From positions 553,209 to 617,208 of the forward strand of contig JAIELV010000001.1 in NCBI GenBank assembly GCA_019752595.1: a DNA stretch of 64,000 bases, in the 5' to 3' direction. Shown in pieces: positions 1-9,497 of the stretch. The translations under genes were made by a program, and so were the position numbers. Position 1 is the stretch's first letter, and every line of letters starts with the position of its first letter. The stretch comes from Patescibacteria group bacterium (GTDB lineage Bacteria > Patescibacteriota > Minisyncoccia > Phycocordibacterales > Phycocordibacteraceae). The notes beneath the pieces were generated by a model. That model ran no database searches. It had not been told where the DNA came from and saw nothing but the letters and a program-made list of their open reading frames with translations.

Positions 1-1472
1 CGTGGCCCGGTGAAATCATTTCACCAAATGATGCTGACGTTCAACCTCCGCGAGAAGGGGCAATTATCTCTTGGGAAGTATCGATTGGTGATTACGTGAA
101 CGCAGGGCAAGTCCTTGGTCGTTTGTCTGCTACTTCTCTCACTCCTGAGTTAGCAACGACACTTGCCGAACAAGCGGCCGCTCTCGCTCAAGCAAAAGCA
201 CGCGCCGCTTCAACGGATGCCTATGTTGGACAAACAAAAACTCAATTGAGTACGTTCACAACGAGCGACACTGCGCTACGAGCAATTGAGGAAGCGAAGC
301 AATCTGTTATTGCAACAAAGGAGAGTGTCCGAGCTACATTGCGACAATCTGTTGTTTCAGAATACTCCACGTTTTCAGGAAATAATCGGGATATTTTGTC
401 GTCTACAAATAATCTCTTTAACTCAAGTATTCCCTGGTGGTTTGGTGCTACAAATTCTAGCCTCAGAGACAAGTATCTTACCGCTACAATGGCCGCGCTC
501 GATGCGCTCGAAAAAGATGCTGTCCCTCAACAGGTCGGTGTGAGCTACTTCTTGGCAGCGACTCAACTTGCTTCCGCTAGTATTGCGAGCGGAGAATCAT
601 TCACCCAAACAAACCTAAACGATTTGCGCAAGGATATTGCGGACGATCAGTCATCCTTCAATGAAGCTGTGGAAAAATATCGCGATGCAGTACTTAATGT
701 ATCTGAAAAAGAAAAAGAATACGCTGAGCGTTCTCGTGATACATCTCAAAAGTCGACCGAGCTTGACCGAGAGAAAATAATTGCACAAGGAGAACTTGAA
801 GCAGCCGAGGCGTCATATCGAGCAGTCTCAGGCGCTATTACGGGCGGAAGTGCAATTGTCGCTCCTAAAAGCGGTTACGTTTCGGCAATCACAAGTCAGA
901 TTGGAGAGTTCGTGGCCCCGGGTAGAGCCGTTGCGTCCATCAGCTCGGGCGTAAAGACAAATAAAATTGTTCGCTTCCGCATTCCAAGCAATGTTGAAGT
1001 ACCAAAGAAAGGTGATGTGGTAAAGATCGTCCGTCCGGGTTTTGCCAAGGACGTAAGGACGGCAACAATCTCTGGTGTAGGAACAGCACTTGATGGAAAT
1101 GGCGCATTTATGGCTGATGCGCGAATCGACGCAAGCATTGATTGGCCAGCACACCTTTCTGTTCGAGTCATTCCAAACGCAAAGACTGCTCAAACAATCG
1201 CCGTTCCTTTCGACGCTGTCTTTTGGGATGAAGAGAATCATCCGCATGTATGGAATGTAACCGCAGAAGGCATTGTGCAATCGCGCGAAGTTACTACAGG
1301 ACGCACGTTTGGAGACGCAGTAGAAATTCTGAAAGGACTTGCGATTGGAGATATCTATCTACTGCAAGCAACTGAATCTATTACTGAGGGTATGCGAGTC
1401 GAGCAACCTAACACAACAGTGAGCGAACCTGCACCTGAAGGAGATGGGCATGGACATGCTCACGATGAATAA
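1..1472 (+). CDS. Efflux RND periplasmic adaptor (membrane fusion protein, HlyD/CusB-like), 5'-partial. The frame is open to the window start. C-terminal His-rich tail GDGHGHAHDE.
   Basis: No stop in-frame upstream of the listed start at 96. Biotin-lipoyl-like N-terminal segment (GDYVNAGQVLGRL), then coiled-coil region, then beta-barrel C-terminal half typical of MFPs. Immediately upstream of and co-directional with an RND pump. Confidence 0.75.
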   Translation, partial: WPGEIISPNDADVQPPREGAIISWEVSIGDYVNAGQVLGRLSATSLTPELATTLAEQAAALAQAKARAASTDAYVGQTKTQLSTFTTSDTALRAIEEAKQSVIATKESVRATLRQSVVSEYSTFSGNNRDILSSTNNLFNSSIPWWFGATNSSLRDKYLTATMAALDALEKDAVPQQVGVSYFLAATQLASASIASGESFTQTNLNDLRKDIADDQSSFNEAVEKYRDAVLNVSEKEKEYAERSRDTSQKSTELDREKIIAQGELEAAEASYRAVSGAITGGSAIVAPKSGYVSAITSQIGEFVAPGRAVASISSGVKTNKIVRFRIPSNVEVPKKGDVVKIVRPGFAKDVRTATISGVGTALDGNGAFMADARIDASIDWPAHLSVRVIPNAKTAQTIAVPFDAVFWDEENHPHVWNVTAEGIVQSREVTTGRTFGDAVEILKGLAIGDIYLLQATESITEGMRVEQPNTTVSEPAPEGDGHGHAHDE

Positions 1473-1475
1473 AAT

Positions 1476-4400
1476 ATGTTGAACAAAATCATATCTTTTT
1501 CGCTGAAACATCAGTGGAGAGTGGTTGCGGTATTCATCGCCATCAGTGGGCTCGGCGTGTGGAGTTTTCTCACGATGAAGGTGGATGTATTGCCCGACAT
1601 CAACAAGCCGACAGTCGCTGTGTTTACCGAAGCTGAGGGGCTTGCCCCCGAAGAAGTCGAACGACTCGTTCTTGCTCCAGTTGAGAACGCAGTTGCAGGA
1701 GCACCTGGTGTTACGCGTGTGCGAGGAACAGCATCATTCGGGCTCGCAATTGTGCAAGCAGAATTTGATTGGGGTTCGGACATCTATCGCAACCGACAAA
1801 TAATTCAAGAGCGAATTTCTCGTCTTGATCTTCCTCAGAACGTTCGACCTGTACTTGGTCCCGTGAGTTCCATCATGGGAGAAATTATGTGGGTTGGGCT
1901 TACTTCTGAAGAATCCACACTGGATGGTAAAGAATTGCGCACACTAGCAGATTGGACCGTTCGACCAGCCCTTCTTCGTGTTCCGGGCGTCAGCGATATC
2001 ATCGTGCTTGGCGGTGATGTCAAAGAGTGGCAAGTCAATCTAAATCCGGAAGCAATGCGCCGCTATGACCTTACTATTGCCGACGTAGAAGAAAAACTAT
2101 CATCAGTGCTTACGAATAAAAGTGGCGGACTCTTGGTGCAGGGAGGAAAAGAATATCCTCTGCGCATATTGGTTGCACCACAAGATATTGCTGAAATAGA
2201 AGAAGTTGGGATTACCACTTGGAATGGCCGCGGCGTACGGTTGGCTGACATAGGCACTGTCGTTGCGGGCGTAAGCCCTGTTCGGGGAGGTGCCACAATA
2301 GATGGGAAACCAGGAGTCATCCTGCGCATAGCCAAACAACCGGAAGCAGAAACTTTGGCAGTTACCGCTGCCGTTGATGAGGCACTAGAAAGCATTCGAC
2401 AATCCCTACCAACGGGTGTCACTCTCAAGAACGATCTTTTCCGGCAAGAGTGGTTCATCGACGCTGGCCTCAACAACGTGTATCGGGCCCTGCTTGAGGG
2501 TATCGTCGTTGTCGCTATCATTCTCGCGTTATTCCTCATGCATCGGAGGGTTACGTTCATCACGCTCATATCTATTCCGCTCAGTATCGTGGTAACCGCG
2601 ATTGTATTCAAACTCCTCGGATTTTCCGTGAACGTAATGACTTTGGGTGGTATTGCGGTTGCAGTGGGTGAGCTGGTGGACAACGCCATAGTAGGTGTTG
2701 AAAACGTGTTTAGAAGGTTGCGAGAATGGAAAGCTTCAGGCTCATCAGAACCAATACACACAGTAGTGTTTGAAGGTACACGAGAAGTATTGAACTCAAT
2801 CGTGATTGCGACCATTCTCGTCATGATTGTATTCCTGCCAGTGTTCTTTATCCCCGGAGTAGAAGGGCGACTCCTCGCATCTCTTGGGAGTGCCTACCTC
2901 ATAGCACTTTTGTCATCGCTCGTAGTATCAGTCACCATAATCCCAGTTTTGTGTGCACTCCTTCTCTCGCCAAAACACCTTACTGGACATGAGAGCGATA
3001 CGAGGTTCGTGCGCTTCGTGAAAACCAAGATGGCCCCTGCAATTATGTGGGGTATTGAACATGTGAAGCCTCTGATGATTGCCACAATAATTGGCATTGT
3101 CATCACTGCTGGTATGTATGTTTTTGCAGGCAAAGAAGGCATTCCGCCCTTCAATGAAGGGTCGGCGACCATTTCTGTGATTCTCCCAGTGGGGACAGAT
3201 CTTGGTACTTCAAACGCGTTTGCTTCCCGAGTGGAAAAAGAGATAGGAAAAATAGAAGGGGTTGTGCGTGTGGGACATATTACTGGCCGAGCCGGAGCCG
3301 ACCCTCATGATAGCGGAGCAAACACGAGCGAGATTCAAGTTACTTTTGAACAGGGGCTTGAGGGTGAACGAGAACGACTGTTTGCGGAAATACAAAAGGT
3401 AGTTGAACGATTCCCGGCGGCAGACTTCTCTATCGGGCAGCCAATAACTCACCGCGTTGAAGAGTTGCTATCTGGTATACGAGCGCCTATCGTCATTAAA
3501 GTATATGGTGATGATCTTTCGGGTCTTAAACAGACGGCAGAGAGAATTCGCGCGGAGCTTGCAAAGCAAGAGGGGGTAAAAAATCCTCAAGTTCAAAAAG
3601 AGGTATTGCTCCCCGAGTTACGCATCTACCCTGACCGCAACCGACTCGCTGATTACGGCCTCTCAAGCGGACAAGTTGCTGAAGAGCTCGAAGAGGGCTT
3701 GCTCGGCGTTCGTATAGGGCAAGTACAGGAAGGCTCGGCGCGAACAGCTGTAGTGCTACGATACGACCCTTCTTGGCGTGGTAATAGCGACGGCATACGA
3801 GATATATCTCTTCCGTTTGAGAACGTGGAGGCTCTCGGCAATGCAGCAGAGTTGCGCCTCGATGCTGGACGTAATAAATTCAGTCACGAAGGAGGCAAGC
3901 GCGTGCTTGTTGTGAGTGCAAACTACGATGGTGGAGATATCGTGGGTGCGGTGGAAGCGGTCAAACAAACGATGGACAAAGAAAAATTGCCATCGGGGCA
4001 GTCCATCTCGTACGAAGGCACCTATAAAAGTCAGAAAGAAAATAGCCAGCGTCTTGGCATATTGTTTGCCGTGGGACTTATTCTAATCTTGTGGGTGTTG
4101 TACCAGACATTCAAATCAATTCCGATTGCATTACAGATAATGCTCAACATTCCATCAGCCATATTCGGCGGCATGGTCGCCGTGTGGCTTACTGGTGGGG
4201 AGATAAACCTTGCGCACCTAGTTGGCTTTATCTCACTTGCGGGAATTGTTTCAAGAAATGGAATCATTCTCATCAGTCATACGCTCGACTTGGTCGGAGA
4301 GGAAAATGGTAACGGTGTATTAAAAGAGGTGGTTCTCAAAGCTACGCTCGATCGTGTTGTGCCGGTGCTCATGACATCCTTAGTCACCGCACTTGCACTT

Positions 4401-4598
4401 GTGCCACTTCTCATAGGTGGAGATGAGCCAGGAAAAGAGTTGCTGCATCCTCTAGCGGTAGTTATATTCGGAGGGCTTATCAGCTCAACCATCGTCTCGC
4501 TTATTTTCACGCCGTCAGTGTTCTACCACTTCAGAAAACACGACGCTCCGAAACTTGAGCGGTTCTTGAAGAAAGTCCAGGAGGTAACAGATCAATAG
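1476..4598 (+). CDS. RND efflux pump, heavy-metal-efflux (CusA/CzcA) family, 1040 aa
   Basis: Full-length 12-TM RND architecture. N-terminus MLNKIISFSLKHQWRVVAVFIAISGLG...PDINKPTVAVFTEAEGLAPEEVE is CusA/CzcA-like. Separated from the MFP stop by 4 nt. Confidence 0.9.
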   Translation: MLNKIISFSLKHQWRVVAVFIAISGLGVWSFLTMKVDVLPDINKPTVAVFTEAEGLAPEEVERLVLAPVENAVAGAPGVTRVRGTASFGLAIVQAEFDWGSDIYRNRQIIQERISRLDLPQNVRPVLGPVSSIMGEIMWVGLTSEESTLDGKELRTLADWTVRPALLRVPGVSDIIVLGGDVKEWQVNLNPEAMRRYDLTIADVEEKLSSVLTNKSGGLLVQGGKEYPLRILVAPQDIAEIEEVGITTWNGRGVRLADIGTVVAGVSPVRGGATIDGKPGVILRIAKQPEAETLAVTAAVDEALESIRQSLPTGVTLKNDLFRQEWFIDAGLNNVYRALLEGIVVVAIILALFLMHRRVTFITLISIPLSIVVTAIVFKLLGFSVNVMTLGGIAVAVGELVDNAIVGVENVFRRLREWKASGSSEPIHTVVFEGTREVLNSIVIATILVMIVFLPVFFIPGVEGRLLASLGSAYLIALLSSLVVSVTIIPVLCALLLSPKHLTGHESDTRFVRFVKTKMAPAIMWGIEHVKPLMIATIIGIVITAGMYVFAGKEGIPPFNEGSATISVILPVGTDLGTSNAFASRVEKEIGKIEGVVRVGHITGRAGADPHDSGANTSEIQVTFEQGLEGERERLFAEIQKVVERFPAADFSIGQPITHRVEELLSGIRAPIVIKVYGDDLSGLKQTAERIRAELAKQEGVKNPQVQKEVLLPELRIYPDRNRLADYGLSSGQVAEELEEGLLGVRIGQVQEGSARTAVVLRYDPSWRGNSDGIRDISLPFENVEALGNAAELRLDAGRNKFSHEGGKRVLVVSANYDGGDIVGAVEAVKQTMDKEKLPSGQSISYEGTYKSQKENSQRLGILFAVGLILILWVLYQTFKSIPIALQIMLNIPSAIFGGMVAVWLTGGEINLAHLVGFISLAGIVSRNGIILISHTLDLVGEENGNGVLKEVVLKATLDRVVPVLMTSLVTALALVPLLIGGDEPGKELLHPLAVVIFGGLISSTIVSLIFTPSVFYHFRKHDAPKLERFLKKVQEVTDQ

Positions 4599-4608
4599 GT
4601 ACTGATAG

Positions 4609-4637
4609 AAAAAACACTCCGTACGGAGTGTTTTTTC
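4609..4637 (+). terminator. Rho-independent terminator hairpin (ACACTCCG-TA-CGGAGTGT followed by TTTTTT)
   Basis: Perfect 8-bp GC-containing stem followed by a T-run directly after the RND pump stop. A-run on the 5' side makes it bidirectional. Confidence 0.7.
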
Positions 4638-4700
4638 TATGCATGCGGGTCGCACTATTGCCATAGGCAATAAGGACACGCCGATACAAAGTTGTCAATG

Positions 4701-4788
4701 CGGAGAGGGAGGGATTCGAACCCTCGGAACCCTTTTGAGGTTCAACACATTAGCAGTGTGCTGCATTCGACCGCTCTGCCACCTCTCC
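4701..4788 (-). tRNA. tRNA-Ser (anticodon GCT), class II with long variable arm, 88 nt, CCA not encoded
   Basis: Reverse complement folds as GGAGAGG acceptor, GCA/TGC D-stem, GCACA-CTGCTAA-TGTGT anticodon arm (GCT), GAACC/GGTTC variable arm, GAGGG-TTCGAAT-CCCTC T-arm. Confidence 0.85.
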
Positions 4789-4844
4789 AGTCAAAGCACT
4801 ATAAGACACCGTGGGGTGTTTTCAAAACACTAGTCCGAGCCGAA

Positions 4845-5621
4845 CTACTTCTCTGCGCGAGGTAAAACTTCATACACCTCCTGCAATACACCTTCCTTTA
4901 TAAGCAATGCTTTCATGGAGAGAGCAGCGTATTCTGGATTGATTGTAAGCCCCAACGATTTCTTGAGGGTGGTAATACGGTCCATTTTTATAGACTCAGA
5001 AAGATCAGATACATCTTCCGCTTCAACAACATACAGCGGATTAATGTCTCTCCCTTGCACATTCGTAAATATGTCGAGGTCAACTTGCAAATCCCGATAC
5101 GCTCGTTTTTTCTTCTCCGCCTTAGAACGCTCCACAACATATGATGTTCTGGGTTTACCGACCAGCAGTTGTTCTCGGGTGAGATCGGAATCAAGATTTA
5201 ATGCGTGAAGAATGAGACCTAACGTTCTGTGCGCCGCTTCGAACGAAGCCTCAACACCTTCAATCTCATCTTTGTTTTTGAGAGGACGCGTTGGAACTCC
5301 CGCCTCTGAGTCAAATTTTATTGTCCACTTATATTCCGTGGGCAAAACTGAGTCATCAGGAATAGATTCCCGAATACGGACACTGACTCCCTTTTTCGGG
5401 CTTTGGAAGATGTATGTCTTTGTGTGGCCTTCAAAAACCTTTTTTGCTTTCTTTGCTTCGACAAGTTTATCCAGCTTGGCGCGCACTGTCTGAAAACCTT
5501 TCAAAGTTACCTTGGTCTTCACTTCTGCTTCCTTTTGTCTGGAGATGAGTATTTTCAGCGACGCGAGTTCAGCAAGCATCCGAGTATGTTCCTGCGTCTC
5601 CGCTCCAGAGAGTTTCACCAT
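4845..5621 (-). CDS. Hypothetical protein, 258 aa. Weak CYTH-like hints (ExExK at EAEVK; acidic ExE patch VVEAEDV).
   Basis: Long ORF divergent from recG. No confident family assignment from sequence alone. Confidence 0.5.
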   Translation of the reverse strand: MVKLSGAETQEHTRMLAELASLKILISRQKEAEVKTKVTLKGFQTVRAKLDKLVEAKKAKKVFEGHTKTYIFQSPKKGVSVRIRESIPDDSVLPTEYKWTIKFDSEAGVPTRPLKNKDEIEGVEASFEAAHRTLGLILHALNLDSDLTREQLLVGKPRTSYVVERSKAEKKKRAYRDLQVDLDIFTNVQGRDINPLYVVEAEDVSDLSESIKMDRITTLKKSLGLTINPEYAALSMKALLIKEGVLQEVYEVLPRAEK

Positions 5622-5649
5622 ATGACCGCTACTATATACTTCTCACAGG

Positions 5650-7788
5650 ATGAATGCGAACAGCACTATAGACGAACTCACCCGCCTCACCCACGCTCAG
5701 CGCGCGGGCCTCAAAAAGCTTGGAATCACCACCGTTCGCGACCTCCTGTACCACTTCCCCTCCCGTTACGAATCCTCTGCAGACATCAAAAGCCTCGAGG
5801 GCGTGAGTGAGGGTGAAACCGCCACCATCTACGGGCAATTCACCAAGCTCGAGATGAAGAAATCGTGGAAAACAAAAGTGCCGATGGCAGAAGGTACTTT
5901 TTCGGACGGCACAGGCACGCTTCGCGTTACATGGTTTCATCAGCCGTACTTAGCAAAAATGATTCCGACAAACGCGCTCGTTCGCCTGCGCGGGAAAATA
6001 ACCGAAAGAAACGGAAGAAAAAACGTCGTTAATCCTGACGTTGAAAAAGCCGACAGCGTTCCTATTCTTTCTGCAAAAGATGCATTCTTCCCTGTCTACC
6101 CAGAATCAGCAGGTATCACCAGTTTGTGGTTTTATCACGCTGTTAGAAAGGCGCGCGAACAAAAACTTCCTGAAGCATTGGAAGATCCAATCCCCGAAAA
6201 AATTCTATCCGCATATCACCTGCCAAAGCTTTCAACGGCGCTTCACTGGATTCACGAACCTCGTGAAGAGAAAGACATGCAGGCAGCGCGAAAACGATTT
6301 GCATTTGAAGAAGTATTTTTGATTCAGGTTGCTCGCGCAAAAGAGCGTGAAGCAAACAAAGAAAAGAAAGCGTTTGAAATAGATGCCGAGGAAAAGCGCG
6401 TGGCGGAATTCATGAAATCGTTTCCGTTTGAAGCAACGAAGGGGCAAAAAAATGCGATTGCAGATATCCTGGCAAACTTTTTAGAGCCGTATCCTATGGC
6501 ACGCCTTTTGGAAGGCGACGTGGGAAGCGGAAAAACGGCGGTTGCCGCCGCCACGGCATACGCCGTTGTTACTTCACACCCGAAAAATGCGGAGGGTAAA
6601 AAACAGACATTCGGCAATCTGCAGGTTGCATACATGTGTCCTACTGAAATATTAGCGAAACAACACTTCGCGACATTCACTTCGTTCTTCAAAAAACATC
6701 CGATACAAATAGGCCTCATCACTTCTTCAGGTTGTTACAAATTTCCTTCAAAAGCATTCCCTGGAGGCGCAACCGACATTTCCCGCTCACAACTTTTGAA
6801 ATGGGTCGCAAACGGCGAGATACCAATTCTCATCGGCACACACTCATTGATTCAAAAAACGGTGCAATTCAAACACCTCGCGTACGCAATCATCGACGAA
6901 CAACATCGCTTCGGCACCGCACAGAGAAAAGCAATCACATCAAAGACAACAACGAACCCGCACCTCTTATCGATGACCGCAACACCCATCCCCCGCACGC
7001 TCGCGCTCACTCTCTATGGCGATTTGGATTTAACAGTCTTAGACGAAATGCCGAGCGGAAGGAAACCTATCCAGACAGACATCATCACACCGTCACGCCG
7101 TGACCATGCGTACGAAAAAATCCGTTCTCTTATTAAGGAAGGACGTCAGGCATACGTCATCTGCCCACGCATAGACGAACCCGACGAAACAAAAGCCCTC
7201 GCACTTCAGGCTCGCTCCGTAGCATCCGAGATGAAACGCTTGTCTACGAAAGTGTTTCCCGAATTCACCATTGCGAAACTGCACAGCAAAATGACACCGA
7301 AAGAAAAGGAAGAGACGATGGCGGAGTTTGAAAAAGGGAAAATAAACATTTTGATATCAACCTCGGTCGTCGAGGTTGGCGTGAACGTGCCGAATGCCAC
7401 CGTCATTATGATTGAAGGTGCAGAGAGGTTTGGGTTGGCACAGCTTCATCAGCTCCGTGGCCGCGTGATGCGCTCTACGCATCAGCCCTACTGTTTTTTG
7501 ATGACGGAAGGCAAAGGAGAAAATGCCCGACTGAAAGCAATCATGACTGCCAAAAACGGGTTTGAACTTGCTGAAAAGGATTTATCCATTCGTGGCGCAG
7601 GAGAGCTGTACGGAAAACATCAGTCGGGTATTTCCGATATTGGCATGGAAGCACTCAAAAATTTGAAACTTGTGGAGGCCGCCCGCAAAGAAGCGCTCGC
7701 GCTTGTTGCCAAAGACCCGCATCTGAAAAAACACCCCCTTCTTGAGGTGCTCTCGAAAGAAAAGGCCCAGTCACTTCATTTCGAATAA
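5650..7788 (+). CDS. recG: ATP-dependent DNA helicase RecG
   Basis: Wedge/OB N-terminal region. Helicase motif I LLEGDVGSGKTAVAA, DEQHRFG (motif II), C-terminal RecG-type helicase domain QLHQLRGRV. Confidence 0.9.
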   Translation: MNANSTIDELTRLTHAQRAGLKKLGITTVRDLLYHFPSRYESSADIKSLEGVSEGETATIYGQFTKLEMKKSWKTKVPMAEGTFSDGTGTLRVTWFHQPYLAKMIPTNALVRLRGKITERNGRKNVVNPDVEKADSVPILSAKDAFFPVYPESAGITSLWFYHAVRKAREQKLPEALEDPIPEKILSAYHLPKLSTALHWIHEPREEKDMQAARKRFAFEEVFLIQVARAKEREANKEKKAFEIDAEEKRVAEFMKSFPFEATKGQKNAIADILANFLEPYPMARLLEGDVGSGKTAVAAATAYAVVTSHPKNAEGKKQTFGNLQVAYMCPTEILAKQHFATFTSFFKKHPIQIGLITSSGCYKFPSKAFPGGATDISRSQLLKWVANGEIPILIGTHSLIQKTVQFKHLAYAIIDEQHRFGTAQRKAITSKTTTNPHLLSMTATPIPRTLALTLYGDLDLTVLDEMPSGRKPIQTDIITPSRRDHAYEKIRSLIKEGRQAYVICPRIDEPDETKALALQARSVASEMKRLSTKVFPEFTIAKLHSKMTPKEKEETMAEFEKGKINILISTSVVEVGVNVPNATVIMIEGAERFGLAQLHQLRGRVMRSTHQPYCFLMTEGKGENARLKAIMTAKNGFELAEKDLSIRGAGELYGKHQSGISDIGMEALKNLKLVEAARKEALALVAKDPHLKKHPLLEVLSKEKAQSLHFE

Positions 7789-7806
7789 AACCACATTGAG
7801 CCCTGC

Positions 7807-8562
7807 CTACGCGTCCCGATCTTCTTCATCGTTTTTTCCCCGCAACAGAATCTCCCTTACTGCACTCAGGCGCTCATCGAGCACCGTGATGACCGCACCA
7901 AAGAAATTTGGTCTCGACGCCCAATCACTTTTTGATGAATCAAGCATGAGGTCGCACAATTGCGAAAGCGTGTGGCGAGAAACGATAGCTTGGTGTAATG
8001 CCATCTCTGCATGATTAGGCTGAATTCCGCATTCATCCATTATGTACACCGTTATCACGTCAGTGTTGTCGCGCGCGCGTAATACTCGCTGATGGTTAGA
8101 CATAGTGAACAGTGCATCTGAAGTCGCTCGCTCTTTCTCTGTCCCAGAGGTGGTTCGGTGCATGGTATCGATACGATGCGAGAGTTCGGCAATAACCGCA
8201 AGATAGTACGAAGGCTTTTCCTTCCACATGCTCTGCGTACTACTGGTGAGTGATTCGCAAAGCGCGCTCAGAGGTGTTTCTTTCAAACCCTGGAGACGTA
8301 TACCTATATTCCGTTCATTTCTGGAAAATCCCTGGATTCTGGAAATCATCTTTTCAATTGTTCCCGCTTCAGTCACCGCACGGGCAACAAGGTCATGCTG
8401 CGTTTTATAGAAAGTAGCGTCATCATTTTCCGATTCAGATACTGCTATTTCTGGCGTTGAAGGCACACCGCGCGAATCCATACGTTGCGCTGTCACGTTT
8501 GGCTGTCTGATAGTTTCGCGGGTGAAAAGACTCACCACTTTTCCGTCCTTTCCTTCTGCCAT
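7807..8562 (-). CDS. Hypothetical protein, 251 aa
   Basis: Long ORF, no recognisable motifs. Divergent from the next gene across a palindrome-containing spacer. Confidence 0.5.
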   Translation of the reverse strand: MAEGKDGKVVSLFTRETIRQPNVTAQRMDSRGVPSTPEIAVSESENDDATFYKTQHDLVARAVTEAGTIEKMISRIQGFSRNERNIGIRLQGLKETPLSALCESLTSSTQSMWKEKPSYYLAVIAELSHRIDTMHRTTSGTEKERATSDALFTMSNHQRVLRARDNTDVITVYIMDECGIQPNHAEMALHQAIVSRHTLSQLCDLMLDSSKSDWASRPNFFGAVITVLDERLSAVREILLRGKNDEEDRDA

Positions 8563-8675
8563 AGTGGAGATACTGTACTCCTCAAAAAAGAAAAAGTGAA
8601 ATCAGTCAATGCATAACAACAACGTTCAAAATTTCTCCACCTTTCTCTCATTCTCCCTCATCTCTCCGTGATAAC

Positions 8676-8695
8676 TGATATGATATATCATATCA
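8676..8695. promoter_or_regulatory. 20-bp perfect palindrome TGATATGATATATCATATCA in a divergent promoter region
   Basis: Self-complementary 20-mer verified by reverse complement. Lies 35 nt upstream of the 8730 start and in the 5' region of the divergent 7807..8562 gene. Confidence 0.4.
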
Positions 8696-8729
8696 TTGAT
8701 TTTTAGTAAAAAAGTGGTAAAAAGCGTTC

Positions 8730-9449
8730 ATGGCAGTCGCTGAAACGCTGAATCTTAATGGGGTGCTACAGGGCATACGCGGACGCAGGGCGTTTGCACG
8801 AAGAACGCGGGAGACGAGGAGTTCAAATGAAAAACCTTCACTGGTCGCACTTCACGAAGCGGCGCACGTGTTTGTTGCGCTAGCAACAGGCACAGCTGAC
8901 CCAAAGAGCGCAAACATCATTCCCCACGGAATGGTAGAGGGCACCACGTGGCTTTCAAATTTCAGTGCCGTGGTCGCCGCTGCGGGCGAAGCAATTGGGG
9001 ATCACGCAGGCGCAGGTGGTGACAGACAAATTGCTGCGAACGAAGGGGTAAATTGGAAACGAGCTGTCGAAGGCGCGAAAGCAGCGATAAGCGGAAATAT
9101 GCACGTGATTTACGCCCTCGCTTCAGCGCTCCAGAAATGGAAGGAGCTCGGGAGCGGAGATTTGCGCGACGTCTACAGCGAAGCCAAGAACGGCGCGGAA
9201 GTGATGATTACTTTTACTGATGAGACTGGCGATACGCAAACCGAAACAACACGAACCAAGCCAGGGACTCATGAGGTCAAAGTCCCCGCGTGGCTTTTCG
9301 TTGCTTTGATGGAAGCGGCGGGTGAAGAAGCGGAAGATTTGAAAAAAGAAGGGGTTACTGTTGGTGGATTTCCGAAAAGAAATACGCGCGGTGTGAAAGT
9401 AGATGTAGTGACCGAAAAAGATTTGGCCGACCTGCAGAGAGACGTTTAA
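8730..9449 (+). CDS. Stand-alone FtsH-like (peptidase M41-type) metalloprotease domain protein, with no AAA ATPase module
   Basis: LHEAAHVFVALATGTADP...IIPHG..G.T mirrors the FtsH protease-domain block [28 protein letters not shown] in the ftsH encoded in this window. HExxH zinc motif present. Only 239 aa. Confidence 0.5.
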   Translation: MAVAETLNLNGVLQGIRGRRAFARRTRETRSSNEKPSLVALHEAAHVFVALATGTADPKSANIIPHGMVEGTTWLSNFSAVVAAAGEAIGDHAGAGGDRQIAANEGVNWKRAVEGAKAAISGNMHVIYALASALQKWKELGSGDLRDVYSEAKNGAEVMITFTDETGDTQTETTRTKPGTHEVKVPAWLFVALMEAAGEEAEDLKKEGVTVGGFPKRNTRGVKVDVVTEKDLADLQRDV

Positions 9450-9497
9450 ACAGCGAGGTCGACCTAGTGCGCGACATTAAAACTTACTCAAGTGAGG

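Noticed and set aside
2063-2824. 253-aa minus-strand ORF
   Set aside because: Completely antisense to the CusA-like RND pump gene. Ser/Thr/Pro-rich nonsense typical of antisense frames in GC-balanced DNA.
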